Virus record (IMG/VR): IMGVR_UViG_3300023174_000034
Reading direction: 5' to 3' (one strand)
Source of the DNA: a virus
Taxonomy: Duplodnaviria > Heunggongvirae > Uroviricota > Caudoviricetes
DNA length: 64,000 bases
Made by a program: the position numbers and the translations under genes. Below the pieces are notes generated by a model, which searched no databases, had not been told where the DNA came from, and saw only the letters and a program-made list of their open reading frames with translations. Numbering within the stretch: position 1 is the stretch's first letter; each line of letters begins with the position of its first letter. This document shows, piece by piece, positions 8,749-18,300 of this stretch.

Positions 8749-10941
8749 ATGATCATCAGTAACGCACCAGCCCACGAAGCTGTCCTGTCTAATGTAGGCG
8801 AAATCGGCGAGTTCCGTATCCGCAACTCAGCCAAGGCCTTTAATATTCTTAGCTCTGGCCTTTACGCCAACAAGATCCGTGCCATCGTGCGCGAGCTCTC
8901 TTGCAATGCAGTAGATAGCCATACAGCCGCAGGCCGCCAAGACACACCCTTTGATGTACACTTGCCCAACCAGCTGGACCCTACCTTTAGCATCCGTGAC
9001 TATGGCACTGGCCTGACTCATGCACAGGTGCAGAACATCTACACCACCTACTTTGAGTCAACCAAGACCGAAAGCAATGCGTTCATTGGCGCACTTGGAC
9101 TGGGTAGCAAAAGCCCGTTCAGTTACACAGACAACTTCACTGTGACTGCTATCAAAGATGGTACCCGCGGTGTGTACAGTGCATTCATCAACGGCGAAGG
9201 CGTGCCTAGCATTGTGCTCATGCACTCAGAGCCCACAGATCAGCCTGCAGGTGTTGAGGTTAAATTTGCAGTAAACAGCCGCAATGACTTCCACAAGTTC
9301 GAAGAAGAAGCTCGCTATGTGTACACCTACTTTGCTCTGCGCCCTGTGGTGTCAGGTGGTGACAGCGACTTCCGTTTCCGCGACGTTGACTACAAGGAAA
9401 AGAACATTATCCCGGGTGTGCATTACACTGACAGTCGTTCCAGCCGTGCTGTGATGGGCAATATTTCCTATCCGATCGATGTGCCCAATGCAGAAACCGC
9501 ACTAGGCGATCTCCACAGGCTCTTGGACTGTGGATTGGAAATGCATTTTGACATTGGCGAACTGGACTTCCAGGCCAGCCGCGAAGGCTTGAGCTACATT
9601 CCGCAGACCGTGAATGCTATCCGTGCCAAGCTAGAAGCACTCAACGCTCAGTTGGCTGTTCACGTGCAACTGGAAGCAGACATCATTGCCAATGATTGGG
9701 AAAAAGTTTACTTCTTGCAAAAGAAAGCCAACGAAACCCTGTTCAAGTCAGCGGCTGTGAAGTATGCACAGGATACCAAATTTGATCTGATTGACACTGC
9801 CAACAGCTACTACATGCGTGGTGTGCCACTCAAGTTTGATATCAAAGACTTGGCCAGCAAGTACAACATCGAGATATTGGCTTTCCAAAAGAGCCGTCAC
9901 GGTGCCACTTGCTCTGAGATCAAACCCAGCAAGGTGTATCCAACTGCTACGATTATCGCCGCAACAGATATCAATCAAGTGTGGGAATTTACCATTGACC
10001 CTAGCAACATCTTTGTGGTCAATGATACCCGTATTGGTGCGTTGAGCCGTGCCAAGTATCACTGGCGCAATGCCGAAGCCAAAGGTATCGCTTTGCCAAG
10101 CAAGAGCCATACCAATAATGTGTACGTTTTGAGTCCTGCTACTAAAGGCAAGGTCATGGATACCATTGGCTTCTTTGCTGACATGCGTGACCCTCCTGTG
10201 ATTCAGCGCATGGTAGCCAGCGAGCTCATGCTCAAAGATCGCAAGACTGGCGCCGCAGGCATGGGTGCTAATGTAAGTATCCTGCGCCTGGCTCAACGTG
10301 GCTACGGTGGCTATCACAAAGAGCGTGAACTAGTCTGGAAGGATGCAGGCAAGGCTGATCAATTTGATGACAGCGAAACCTACTACTACCTGCCACTCAG
10401 TGGTTTTACTGTGATATCAAATGGTACGCCTATCACACAAAACATGCGTCACTTCAGTGATCTGGTTACCGAATCAGGCATCCCAGGTTTGCAAGGTATC
10501 AACATTCTTGGTGTGCGTAAAACGGACATTGAGTACATCAAGACTCAATCCAATTGGATCAATGTGCAAGATCACATTCGCACAGTTTTGGCAAAGTTGG
10601 ATCCAAAAGTTGTACAACAATGTGCGTTGAAACAGATTGACACGAACAAGTATTTCCGCTACAATAAGGTTATTGCAAAACTAGTGTCGCCTAACAGTGC
10701 ATATTCAAAGTTTTTGGCTCAGTTCAAATTCGTTGACAATGTTACAGTTAACAAGCACAGTTTGCAAAAATTGTGCTGTGACTATGCAACACCAGTTGAC
10801 GTGGACACGGTTGTCCAGGGCCTTACGGATCAATTGACTGCCATCCGTAATCGCTATCCACTCTTGAGCAGTTTGCGTGACTACGACATCAATGCAGATG
10901 CTGTGGCACAGTACATTAACTTGATTGACAAAGAGGCTTAA
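8749..10941 (+). CDS. rIIA: rIIA membrane-associated protector protein (GHKL/HATPase_c-like N-terminus).
   Basis: 730 aa. ELSCNAVDS...IRDYGTGL...GALGLGSKSPF resemble Bergerat-fold ATPase motifs. Size and position immediately upstream of a clear rIIB. Confidence 0.8.
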   Translation: MIISNAPAHEAVLSNVGEIGEFRIRNSAKAFNILSSGLYANKIRAIVRELSCNAVDSHTAAGRQDTPFDVHLPNQLDPTFSIRDYGTGLTHAQVQNIYTTYFESTKTESNAFIGALGLGSKSPFSYTDNFTVTAIKDGTRGVYSAFINGEGVPSIVLMHSEPTDQPAGVEVKFAVNSRNDFHKFEEEARYVYTYFALRPVVSGGDSDFRFRDVDYKEKNIIPGVHYTDSRSSRAVMGNISYPIDVPNAETALGDLHRLLDCGLEMHFDIGELDFQASREGLSYIPQTVNAIRAKLEALNAQLAVHVQLEADIIANDWEKVYFLQKKANETLFKSAAVKYAQDTKFDLIDTANSYYMRGVPLKFDIKDLASKYNIEILAFQKSRHGATCSEIKPSKVYPTATIIAATDINQVWEFTIDPSNIFVVNDTRIGALSRAKYHWRNAEAKGIALPSKSHTNNVYVLSPATKGKVMDTIGFFADMRDPPVIQRMVASELMLKDRKTGAAGMGANVSILRLAQRGYGGYHKERELVWKDAGKADQFDDSETYYYLPLSGFTVISNGTPITQNMRHFSDLVTESGIPGLQGINILGVRKTDIEYIKTQSNWINVQDHIRTVLAKLDPKVVQQCALKQIDTNKYFRYNKVIAKLVSPNSAYSKFLAQFKFVDNVTVNKHSLQKLCCDYATPVDVDTVVQGLTDQLTAIRNRYPLLSSLRDYDINADAVAQYINLIDKEA

Positions 10942-10942
10942 A

Positions 10943-11770
10943 ATGGCATTTCCATATCTGATCCAGGGCAAGAACATTGTTGTAATCATCGACAATCAGC
11001 CACACACAGTAACTTCGACTCATATTGGATATGAGAAGATCAAACAGGCAATCAAGGACAATGACTGGGATTCAGTCAAGGACGTGATTGATCCTAAAAA
11101 GCAGATCCTTGAGTACGGCGCAGGTAATGTGGCCATCCAGGGTAGCAAAGTGTTCTGGAAAGAACGTGAGATGCACGGTGTGCTCACAAACCGCTTGATT
11201 GAAATGTATCAAGATGGTTTTCCAATCGAGCCGCTAATTGCGTTCATGGAGAACTTGATGAGCAATCCCAGCAAGCGAGCAGTTGAAGAACTCTACGGCT
11301 TCCTGGAAAAAGGCAACTTGCCACTCACACCAGATGGCTACTTCTTGGCCTACAAGAAGGTACGTGCAGACTTCCGGGACTGCCACACTGGCACCATGGA
11401 TAACTCCGTGGGACAGATTGTGGAAATGGAACGCAATGCTGTAGATGACGATCAAAATCGTACCTGTAGCGCAGGCCTGCATTTCTGCTCCAAGGAGTAC
11501 CTGAGCCACTTTGGTGGCAGCGACAGCCGCACAGTGATCTTGAAGATCAACCCTGCAGATGTTGTGAGCATTCCAACTGACTACAACAACGCCAAGGGTC
11601 GTGCATGCCGCTACGAAGTGATTGGTGAACTGGGTGTACATCCAGACCAAGCCTTTGTTGCACCTGTACAAACAGAAGCCGCAAAGAGCAACGACACTGA
11701 GGCTTTGATCCGAGTCGCAGTTGAAGCCGCAGTCAAGGCCGCATTGGCCGCACAAGCTGACAACAAGTAA
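10943..11770 (+). CDS. rIIB: rIIB protein.
   Basis: ENLMSNPSKRAVEELYGFLEKGNLPLTPDGYFLAYKKV...RTCSAGLHFCSKEYLSHFGGSDSRTVILKINPADVVSIPTDYNNAKGRACRYEV aligns by eye with T4 rIIB (ENLLENPSQKAV...EDGYFYAWKVV...CSRGLHVCSKSYIRHFG...VVSIPIDYNDAKMRTCQYEV). Confidence 0.85.
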   Translation: MAFPYLIQGKNIVVIIDNQPHTVTSTHIGYEKIKQAIKDNDWDSVKDVIDPKKQILEYGAGNVAIQGSKVFWKEREMHGVLTNRLIEMYQDGFPIEPLIAFMENLMSNPSKRAVEELYGFLEKGNLPLTPDGYFLAYKKVRADFRDCHTGTMDNSVGQIVEMERNAVDDDQNRTCSAGLHFCSKEYLSHFGGSDSRTVILKINPADVVSIPTDYNNAKGRACRYEVIGELGVHPDQAFVAPVQTEAAKSNDTEALIRVAVEAAVKAALAAQADNK

Positions 11771-11811
11771 TATGAACCTGGGGGCTGAGGCCCCCACATT
11801 GAAAGCATAAA

Positions 11812-12888
11812 ATGAGCTATTTTATCAAGAGCGGCAACACGTTCAAGGTTGCTGACAAAGACTCACTGGACATCAAAGACCACCTGCCTGCTGGCAACTA
11901 CATTGTGAAGCAGGATCAGTTTGGCAACTTCTTCTTGGAAGTTGTAGACAGTTTTGAAATCCGGGGCAAGGTGTATGGTGATGCTCTGCGCCACCGTGAT
12001 CGTATCTTCAATACCTTTACGGATCGTGCAGTAAGCACAGGCGTCATGCTCACAGGAGAGAAGGGTTCAGGCAAAACCATGCTGGCCAAGAGCTTGAGCA
12101 TCAAGTGTGCAGAGGCAGGCATTCCTACCCTGCTGATCAATCAACCTTGGCGTGGAGAGACCTTCAACAGTCTCCTGCAGGACATCAGCCAGCCTTGCAT
12201 GATCTTGTTTGACGAGTTTGAAAAGGTCTACGACAGCGACGAGCAGGAAGAAATGCTGACCTTGCTGGACGGTGTGTTTCCTTCAAAGAAACTGTTTTTG
12301 ATCACCTGCAACGACAAGTGGCGTGTGAACCAACACATGCGTAACCGTCCGGGTCGTATCTTCTACATGCTGGACTTTAAGGGTCTGGATCAGGCGTTCA
12401 TCCGTGAGTACTGCATGGACAATCTGCAGGATGCCAGCTTGAAAAACATCGATGGTGTTTGTACCGTGGGTTCATTGTTTGCTGAGTTCAACTTTGACAT
12501 GCTCAAGGCCTTGGTTGAAGAAATGAACCGCTACAACGAGTCTGCACAGGAAGCCATGCAGATGCTGAACGCCAAGCCAGAGTTTGACGACGGTAGCCTG
12601 TACAAGATCACCGTGGTACCTGTGGGTGAAACTGAGCCATTGACTGAGCGCCAGCTGGAAGGTAGTGTTCAGTGGAAGGGTAACCCAATGACAGAGAAAA
12701 ACTGGAACTACGGTTACGACCCAGAGCCAGACAACGACGATGGTGATTGGTACTACATGACCTTCAATCAACGCGATTTGAAGAAGGTTGAGCCCACTGA
12801 AGGTAAGTTTGTGTTCGTCAACGCCAAAGGCGATCAACTGGTGCTAGTACGTGAAAAGGAAAAGCCTTTTAACTACTACGCATTCTAA
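11812..12888 (+). CDS. P-loop NTPase (AAA+-like).
   Basis: Walker A LTGEKGSGKTMLAKSL, Walker B ILFDEFE. Confidence 0.55.
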   Translation: MSYFIKSGNTFKVADKDSLDIKDHLPAGNYIVKQDQFGNFFLEVVDSFEIRGKVYGDALRHRDRIFNTFTDRAVSTGVMLTGEKGSGKTMLAKSLSIKCAEAGIPTLLINQPWRGETFNSLLQDISQPCMILFDEFEKVYDSDEQEEMLTLLDGVFPSKKLFLITCNDKWRVNQHMRNRPGRIFYMLDFKGLDQAFIREYCMDNLQDASLKNIDGVCTVGSLFAEFNFDMLKALVEEMNRYNESAQEAMQMLNAKPEFDDGSLYKITVVPVGETEPLTERQLEGSVQWKGNPMTEKNWNYGYDPEPDNDDGDWYYMTFNQRDLKKVEPTEGKFVFVNAKGDQLVLVREKEKPFNYYAF

Positions 12889-12905
12889 AACAAAAGTACT
12901 ACAAA

Positions 12906-12940
12906 AAGCCCTTGTAAATCAAGGGCTTTTTTGTGGTTTT
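12906..12940 (+). terminator. Rho-independent terminator (AGCCCTTGtaaatCAAGGGCT + TTTTTTGTGGTTTTTTT).
   Basis: Second copy of the terminator+promoter cassette. Confidence 0.6.
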
Positions 12941-12959
12941 TTTACAACAAATAAAACGG

Positions 12960-12988
12960 TTGACCAGAAATGCCCATTTTGCTATACT
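12960..12988 (+). promoter_or_regulatory. Sigma70-like promoter, family copy 3 (TTGACC-N17-TATACT).
   Basis: Conserved context, AAGGAG, ATG at 13019. Confidence 0.6.
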
Positions 12989-13018
12989 AGTGGCTAAGTT
13001 AAACAAAAGGAGCAAGTG

Positions 13019-13279
13019 ATGAAAGAACTCAAAGCCTACGTGGAACAGAAAAACAAGTGGAACGCAATCTTCAAAGGTCGACAGTTTGAACTGCAAACTG
13101 CCCAAGGTCGCCAGGAAGTGGCCAACAGTCTGGACAGTGATCTCAGCCCTGAGAACTTGACCTGCGATGGCGAACTGCCACGTTCACAGGTGCAAGCAAA
13201 ATACCGCCAGCTGACCCGTGCCGCAGAGCAGTTGATCAGCATTGACCCTGGCGTTAAATTCTACGAATTCAGCGTATAA
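13019..13279 (+). CDS. Hypothetical small early protein.
   Basis: Promoter/RBS-driven ORF. Confidence 0.5.
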   Translation: MKELKAYVEQKNKWNAIFKGRQFELQTAQGRQEVANSLDSDLSPENLTCDGELPRSQVQAKYRQLTRAAEQLISIDPGVKFYEFSV

Positions 13280-13284
13280 AACGG

Positions 13285-13313
13285 TTGACCCAAACGGTCC
13301 ATTTTGCTACAAT
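13285..13313 (+). promoter_or_regulatory. Sigma70-like promoter, family copy 4 (TTGACC-N17-TACAAT).
   Basis: Conserved context. AAGGAG and ATG at 13344. Confidence 0.55.
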
Positions 13314-13343
13314 AATGACATACTGAACAACAAGGAGCTCAAC

Positions 13344-13598
13344 ATGCGTCAACCACGTCTTATTACCGGTTTCAATAACAGCCAACGCATCCGCGTGATT
13401 GTGGATGGTGTTGGGTTTTTTACCACAGTGGGTGGTACCTCAGACATCATGACTCGCAAGCACCGCATGGCTGTGCAACTGGCACTGATGAATCTGCATG
13501 CCAATGGCGGCACTGGTTTTGCCTTCAATTACAATTACTACGAAGGCACTACCGACAACAATGCCTGCACCGTGCCTGTGCAAGTGGACCTGCTGTAA
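13344..13598 (+). CDS. Hypothetical small protein.
   Basis: Promoter/RBS-driven ORF. Confidence 0.5.
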   Translation: MRQPRLITGFNNSQRIRVIVDGVGFFTTVGGTSDIMTRKHRMAVQLALMNLHANGGTGFAFNYNYYEGTTDNNACTVPVQVDLL

Positions 13599-13615
13599 TA
13601 CCTGAACATTTTTGA

Positions 13616-13644
13616 TTGACCAAAAAGTCCATTTCGCTTATACT
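13616..13644 (+). promoter_or_regulatory. Sigma70-like promoter, family copy 5 (TTGACC-N17-TATACT).
   Basis: AAGGAG and ATG at 13674. Confidence 0.55.
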
Positions 13645-13673
13645 TGTTGTATTGTAATTAAAAGGAGTTCAAA

Positions 13674-14147
13674 ATGGGTACACGTAGTCGCATTGCAGTC
13701 ATGCATGGTACAGTTTGCAAATCAGTCTATTGTCATTGGGATGGCTATCTGTCATTCAACGGACGCCTGTTGCAAGCAAACTATGACAGCTCAAAGGCCA
13801 ATCAGCTGGTAGCACTTGGCGACTTGTCAAGCCTGCGAGCCAACATTGGCGAGAAACATGCGTTCAGCAAATTTGAACTGCCTGCCGAACAGCAGGATGC
13901 GTTCGAAACAGCCACTGAAGACATGTGTACCTTTTATGGTCGCGATCGTGGCGAAACTGGCATCGAGTACAAAGTAGATCACACTTTCGAACAGTTCCTC
14001 GAACGTGCCGAAGGCTCGTACGCAGAGTATTACTATGTGATGGAAAACGGTCAATGGTACTGTGGCAGTATGCACGAGAACAGCCCGTTCTACAAGCGCC
14101 TGGTGCTCCTGAGTGAAGCACTTGCAACCGAAGCAGTGGAGGCCTAA
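13674..14147 (+). CDS. Hypothetical protein (157 aa).
   Basis: Promoter/RBS-driven ORF. Confidence 0.5.
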   Translation: MGTRSRIAVMHGTVCKSVYCHWDGYLSFNGRLLQANYDSSKANQLVALGDLSSLRANIGEKHAFSKFELPAEQQDAFETATEDMCTFYGRDRGETGIEYKVDHTFEQFLERAEGSYAEYYYVMENGQWYCGSMHENSPFYKRLVLLSEALATEAVEA

Positions 14148-14148
14148 C

Positions 14149-14271
14149 ATGAACTTCATAATGGGAGTCATTGTTGGTATTGTGTTGTCCACAGTGGGCG
14201 CATCTGGTTTGGCCAAGTGGTTGGACAAAGGTGTTGCTGTGGTCAAGCAAGAAGCCGCTCAACTCAAATGA
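14149..14271 (+). CDS. 40-aa hydrophobic peptide (MNFIMGVIVGIVLSTVGASGLAKWLDKG...).
   Basis: ATG overlaps the upstream stop. Single predicted TM helix. Confidence 0.3.
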   Translation: MNFIMGVIVGIVLSTVGASGLAKWLDKGVAVVKQEAAQLK

Positions 14272-14306
14272 AAAAAGAATTTGGTAAGACTGCTACCAAA
14301 AACTGG

Positions 14307-14335
14307 TTGACTCCAGTTCAAAAATGCAGTACAAT
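14307..14335 (+). promoter_or_regulatory. Sigma70-like promoter (TTGACT-N17-TACAAT).
   Basis: GGTTGAC context shared with the family. RBS AGGAG and ATG at 14389. Confidence 0.5.
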
Positions 14336-14388
14336 AACGGTATGGTACACGGTGTATCATATTTCTAAACTAAACAGGAGTATTCCGA

Positions 14389-14724
14389 ATGTCTGACAAA
14401 TCTTTCAAAATCGCTGGTGTTTCTAAACTCAAAGGCTCTTACAAAGTTCGCTTTGCTAATGATATGACTCGTGTCAAGGTGCTGGCTAAAACTGGCCACT
14501 CTGAGATTGAGCTCATTGAGCTTCCCAAGGCCATGACCAAGCCTGAGTTGGTTACACATCTCAAGTCAACTGAACTGTACAACCGTGCAGAGTTCAAGCA
14601 GGCTATCGACGCCGCTGACGAGAAGTACAACGGTTCCACAACTGTCAAGGTTGCTGGTGTTACTGTTAAATCGCCTGCCAAGGCTCCAGTTAAAGCGTCT
14701 ACTAAGGCAACTGCTACTGCCTAA
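14389..14724 (+). CDS. Small protein with a lysine/alanine-rich tail.
   Basis: Good RBS. Followed by a terminator. Confidence 0.5.
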   Translation: MSDKSFKIAGVSKLKGSYKVRFANDMTRVKVLAKTGHSEIELIELPKAMTKPELVTHLKSTELYNRAEFKQAIDAADEKYNGSTTVKVAGVTVKSPAKAPVKASTKATATA

Positions 14725-14747
14725 GCGATCACGCTGTCGCACTGAAG

Positions 14748-14776
14748 GCCCACTCTATGCAGTGGGCTTTCTTTTG
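14748..14776 (+). terminator. Rho-independent terminator (GCCCACTctatgcAGTGGGC + TTTCTTTT).
   Basis: 7-bp GC stem followed by a T-run. Confidence 0.6.
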
Positions 14777-14803
14777 ACTGATTCGTGCAAGTGTGCGGCA
14801 TTG

Positions 14804-15418
14804 TTAATTTTTAACATAATCTTGCAGTTCTTTCTTTTGTTGATCAGCACGTTCCTTGGCCTGCCTTCTTAGAACTAAATTGCGGTCTGCTACCTTTTGT
14901 TCATAAATTCTTTTTTCTTCCATCTGACCGTACACACCAATGCCAACCATGACAAATGCAAACACCACAACAGAGCCTGCTAGAAAATACATGGCCATCA
15001 TACCCATGTCTGCCATTTTTTTCTTGTGCGCCAGTTGACGTTCTTCTTCTGCACGTTGGGCTTCTGCACGTTCCTTGAACAGTCTGGTGCGTTCTTTGAT
15101 CATGTGTTCCCACAGTTCAGGCTTGCCCAATTGCCAAAGAATCATGTCTTTGAGATCACGTTCGGCTTGACGTAGAGCATCACTGTGCATGGCAATTTGC
15201 AGGGCTTCGTGGCCTAGTTCTGCATCTGTTTTGCCTTGTATACTAGCTTTGGCTTTTAACTTTGTTCGTTCACGATGTATGGAATCTGAACTTTCAAAAA
15301 ACTTGCTGAACTGCCCTGCAAGACTATTGATATCTTTGCCCAAGGCTATGGCTTGCTTTATGTGACTGACCGCAGATTGTGCGGCCGCGAAGGCAAGCCC
15401 GATAGTGATTGGATCCAT
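14804..15418 (-). CDS. Membrane-anchored coiled-coil protein.
   Basis: 204-aa ORF with a hydrophobic segment (MMAMYFLAGSVVVFAFVMVGIGVY) and a charged, EERQ-rich region. Confidence 0.5.
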   Translation of the reverse strand: MDPITIGLAFAAAQSAVSHIKQAIALGKDINSLAGQFSKFFESSDSIHRERTKLKAKASIQGKTDAELGHEALQIAMHSDALRQAERDLKDMILWQLGKPELWEHMIKERTRLFKERAEAQRAEEERQLAHKKKMADMGMMAMYFLAGSVVVFAFVMVGIGVYGQMEEKRIYEQKVADRNLVLRRQAKERADQQKKELQDYVKN

Positions 15419-15442
15419 AAAAATACTTATCTAAAGATTCGC

Positions 15443-15471
15443 TTGACAACAGGTGCAAATAAATATATACT
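15443..15471 (+). promoter_or_regulatory. Sigma70 promoter (TTGACA-N17-TATACT) for the tmRNA precursor.
   Basis: Near-consensus boxes about 7 nt upstream of the tRNA-like acceptor piece. Confidence 0.55.
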
Positions 15472-15477
15472 GTAGGT

Positions 15478-15543
<66 letters not shown>

Positions 15544-15725
15544 AAGGAAATTTGTGAAAAGTAAGAGTAAGTTCAGTCGTTATAATCTTAAAGGCAATAT
15601 TATGTGGTGCCTAAATTTGCGTAACGGATGGGTAAGAATTTACAACACTATGATTCGTTGGAATACCGATTGGACAACTAATTATAGATACTTTTCAATA
15701 GAACAAATAAAAGTTTCTTTATGAT

Positions 15726-15978
15726 GGGGGTGACCTGGCTTTCGACAGGGCAAAGAGTAAACAAGTGGACAGCACGGTAAGGCAGAAACCGTAGGGTTGG
15801 GGGAACTCGGCCGTAGACGCAAAAAACGTAAATGCAAAAGCAAATACAACATCTGGTGTTAAAGTAACAGTAGGCAAAGGTTTCCGTTTCGGCGGTTCCA
15901 AGTCTGCTCGCACTGAGGCAGCTTTCGCCTAAACAGCGAAACCAGCGGGGTAGGACTTACCTTGTAAAATAAACAACC
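15726..15978 (+). ncRNA. ssrA: tmRNA coding piece: 5' acceptor strand, tag reading frame 15819-15932 and 3' helices.
   Basis: Starts GGGGGUGACCUGGCUUUCGACAGGG (compare E. coli GGGGCUGAUUCUGGAUUCGACGGG). GGGGGUG pairs with CACCUCC of the upstream piece, giving a G3:U70 wobble. Resume context UAGAC-GCA (E. coli UAGUC-GCA). The frame stays open to TAA. Confidence 0.7.
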
Positions 15979-16001
15979 ATGGGCCTCCGGGCCCATTTTT
16001 C
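15979..16001 (+). terminator. Rho-independent terminator (ATGGGCCtccgGGCCCAT + TTTTT) ending the tmRNA precursor.
   Basis: 7-bp stem followed by a T5 run. Confidence 0.65.
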
Positions 16002-16002
16002 T

Positions 16003-16251
16003 ATGCTAGAATATATCTTAACCTTCCTTGCCGTGTTCTTACTGGACGTGGTCTACACATACTATCTGCGATGCGTCAAAGATGGTCGTGTGTTGATGGC
16101 CAGCGGCTGGAGTGTGGCCTGTTACATTGGTGGAAGTGTGGCAGTTATCAATTATACATCGGACCACTGGATGCTGATACCTGCGGCAATAGGCGCCTTT
16201 TGCGGAACCTATGTGGGCATGAAGATCAACGTCGCATCAGTTGATCAGTAA
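16003..16251 (+). CDS. Small membrane protein (about 82 aa).
   Basis: Two predicted TM helices. The ORF track starts at 15979 inside the terminator, so the ATG at 16003 is more plausible. Confidence 0.4.
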   Translation: MLEYILTFLAVFLLDVVYTYYLRCVKDGRVLMASGWSVACYIGGSVAVINYTSDHWMLIPAAIGAFCGTYVGMKINVASVDQ

Positions 16252-16960
16252 ATTCCAACAGTAACTCATGATGTCTACGCTCATGCCAGTGTGGCTTGAG
16301 ATAATTGTAATTGTACCAAAACTGTTCGCTTTCGGGATGGCAACCAATTATGCCAATCCTTTTCTGATATATAGCCATGGCGTCACCATTGGCATAGGTG
16401 GCAACTGTTTGATACCGTCCGGGTCCTACCAAAGCGCATCCGTCATAAAAAAACATCCTTTCGGATGTGCCGTTCCATGTCACTGCCAGTGCCTTTGCAT
16501 GTGGGCGGCGTGTGTCTGTGCCGGGCTGTGTGATGTACTGCACAGCATCTACTCCATCTAGTATGTTGAAGTAGTTTGACCCTGCCCAGTAGGCACCCAT
16601 ACAGATTCCCAAATAATAGCCGCCACGACCAACAAAGTCCAACACTTTCTTTTTGTTGGGTTTTAATATCTTGTGCCAGCTGTCCGAATCGCCGATGCCG
16701 CCCGGAAATGCCACCATGTCCACATCATCAAAAAACACATCTTCGACTTCATTTTTGCTGAATACTTTGAAGTGATAATACTGCCCAAGCGCCTGCATCA
16801 TTCCATTTCCACACTGGACTGAGCACTTGGGATCATTGATATACAGGGCAATAGTGGGCTTCACAAGCGTATTTATAAAAGCAAATGTTACAAGCCGTGT
16901 AATATTACGGATTCCTTTTTTACAGCCCGAATGCTTAAATAATAAAAAGGGCGCCTTCAA
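16226..16960 (-). CDS. Class-I glutamine amidotransferase-like / peptidase C26-like hydrolase.
   Basis: Nucleophile elbow GGYYLGICMGAYWAG (G-x-C-x-G) and GCHPE His-Glu motif. Confidence 0.5.
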   Translation of the reverse strand: MKAPFLLFKHSGCKKGIRNITRLVTFAFINTLVKPTIALYINDPKCSVQCGNGMMQALGQYYHFKVFSKNEVEDVFFDDVDMVAFPGGIGDSDSWHKILKPNKKKVLDFVGRGGYYLGICMGAYWAGSNYFNILDGVDAVQYITQPGTDTRRPHAKALAVTWNGTSERMFFYDGCALVGPGRYQTVATYANGDAMAIYQKRIGIIGCHPESEQFWYNYNYLKPHWHERRHHELLLEFTDQLMRR

Positions 16961-16963
16961 TCT

Positions 16964-17791
16964 ATGGATCCATTAACACTCTTTGCACTTGCCAACGGAG
17001 CTGTCTCTGCTGTTAAGGCTGGCTGTAAACTCTACAAAGACATCAAGGGTGCGGCTGGGGAAGTAAATGATGTTCTCAAAGACCTTGATAAACAATTCCA
17101 TAAAATATATGATGCCAAGCCCGGCGGTGCTCCCCCTGCGGCGATCAAACAGCTGAACGAAGAAAAAGCCCGAGTCAAAGAGCTGAATAAAAAAGCCAAC
17201 GCAGAAGAACACACTGGTATCTATCAAGAAATTGGCGAGCACCTGGGCGCATATTATGACAACCTACACAAGTGTATGGCAGTGTTTGAAAACGAAGAAC
17301 GACGTAGCAGGAACGAAATTTACACAGGCGATGCCAGCCTAGGCAAACGTGCGCTACAACGTGTGCTGATGAAAAAGCAACTGGAACAAATGGGTACAGA
17401 ATTGCGTGAGATAATGATTTATCAATCGCCACCTGAACTGGGTGCGCTGTATACCGAAGTAGAAGAAATGATGACAAAGCTGGGCGATCAACAAAAAGTT
17501 CTGCTCAACCGTCAGCTCAACATCGAGCATGCCAGATCAGTGCAACGTGCCAAGCAAATGGCAAAACTCAAGAACAAGCTGTGGGGTGTGGGCGGAATAC
17601 TTGTGGTACTGTTATTTTGGATTTTTTGCATGTGGTGGGTGGCAGAAAGACGCATAGAAGACTATCCTGAATACGGAACTGGCTTTTTCCCACGCCTGGT
17701 GTCTGACCATGATCGTATTGTGGCAGAAAGAAATAAAAAATACTGGGATGCAAAAGCCGCCGAATATCGCAACCGTCAGAACAACCGATAA
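16964..17791 (+). CDS. Coiled-coil protein with a C-terminal TM segment.
   Basis: 275 aa. Hydrophobic WGVGGILVVLLFWIFCMWWV. Confidence 0.5.
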   Translation: MDPLTLFALANGAVSAVKAGCKLYKDIKGAAGEVNDVLKDLDKQFHKIYDAKPGGAPPAAIKQLNEEKARVKELNKKANAEEHTGIYQEIGEHLGAYYDNLHKCMAVFENEERRSRNEIYTGDASLGKRALQRVLMKKQLEQMGTELREIMIYQSPPELGALYTEVEEMMTKLGDQQKVLLNRQLNIEHARSVQRAKQMAKLKNKLWGVGGILVVLLFWIFCMWWVAERRIEDYPEYGTGFFPRLVSDHDRIVAERNKKYWDAKAAEYRNRQNNR

Positions 17792-18000
17792 CAAATATAA
17801 TATTATGATCACAGCTATTTTTTTAGTATTCCAGTTAACAGCCGTACAGTATGAATGTGTCAGATGGAGATGGACCGGTGATGTGTTTGATCGCAAGGTC
17901 TACTGCGTGGAGTGGCGAGTAAAAGATTGTTCTAATAGACTGCACAAAGAACTGTGCGAAAAGAGCAGTTAGATAAATACTTGTTCAGGAGGACTCAACC

Positions 18001-18159
18001 ATGAAACAGAAAAAGCTACTAGCTGAACTGTACAGGGCTTGCGTCGACCACGATGCCAAAAAGATTGCGGAGCTTCGTCAAGAAGAATTCCGCAAGATTG
18101 CGAAACACAAGGCCGAAGGTAAGCACTTTACAACCAAGTGGACTTTGGTAAGGATCTAA
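18001..18159 (+). CDS. Small basic protein (52 aa).
   Basis: AGGAGG RBS 7 nt upstream of the ATG. Not in the ORF track because it is under 60 aa. Confidence 0.35.
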   Translation: MKQKKLLAELYRACVDHDAKKIAELRQEEFRKIAKHKAEGKHFTTKWTLVRI

Positions 18160-18300
18160 TATGATGGAATATATTGGTCAATTTATAGGATTAGGTGTAT
18201 TGAGTTTCATTGTTTATTTGATTGTTGAAGAACAAATCCGTAAACAAAAAAAGTAATACAACTGTAATCTTTGTAACACGGTGCTACGATAAATACTGCT

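Noticed and set aside
15719-15913. 64-aa minus-strand ORF overlapping the tmRNA coding piece
   Set aside because: Antisense to a strongly supported structured RNA. No RBS.
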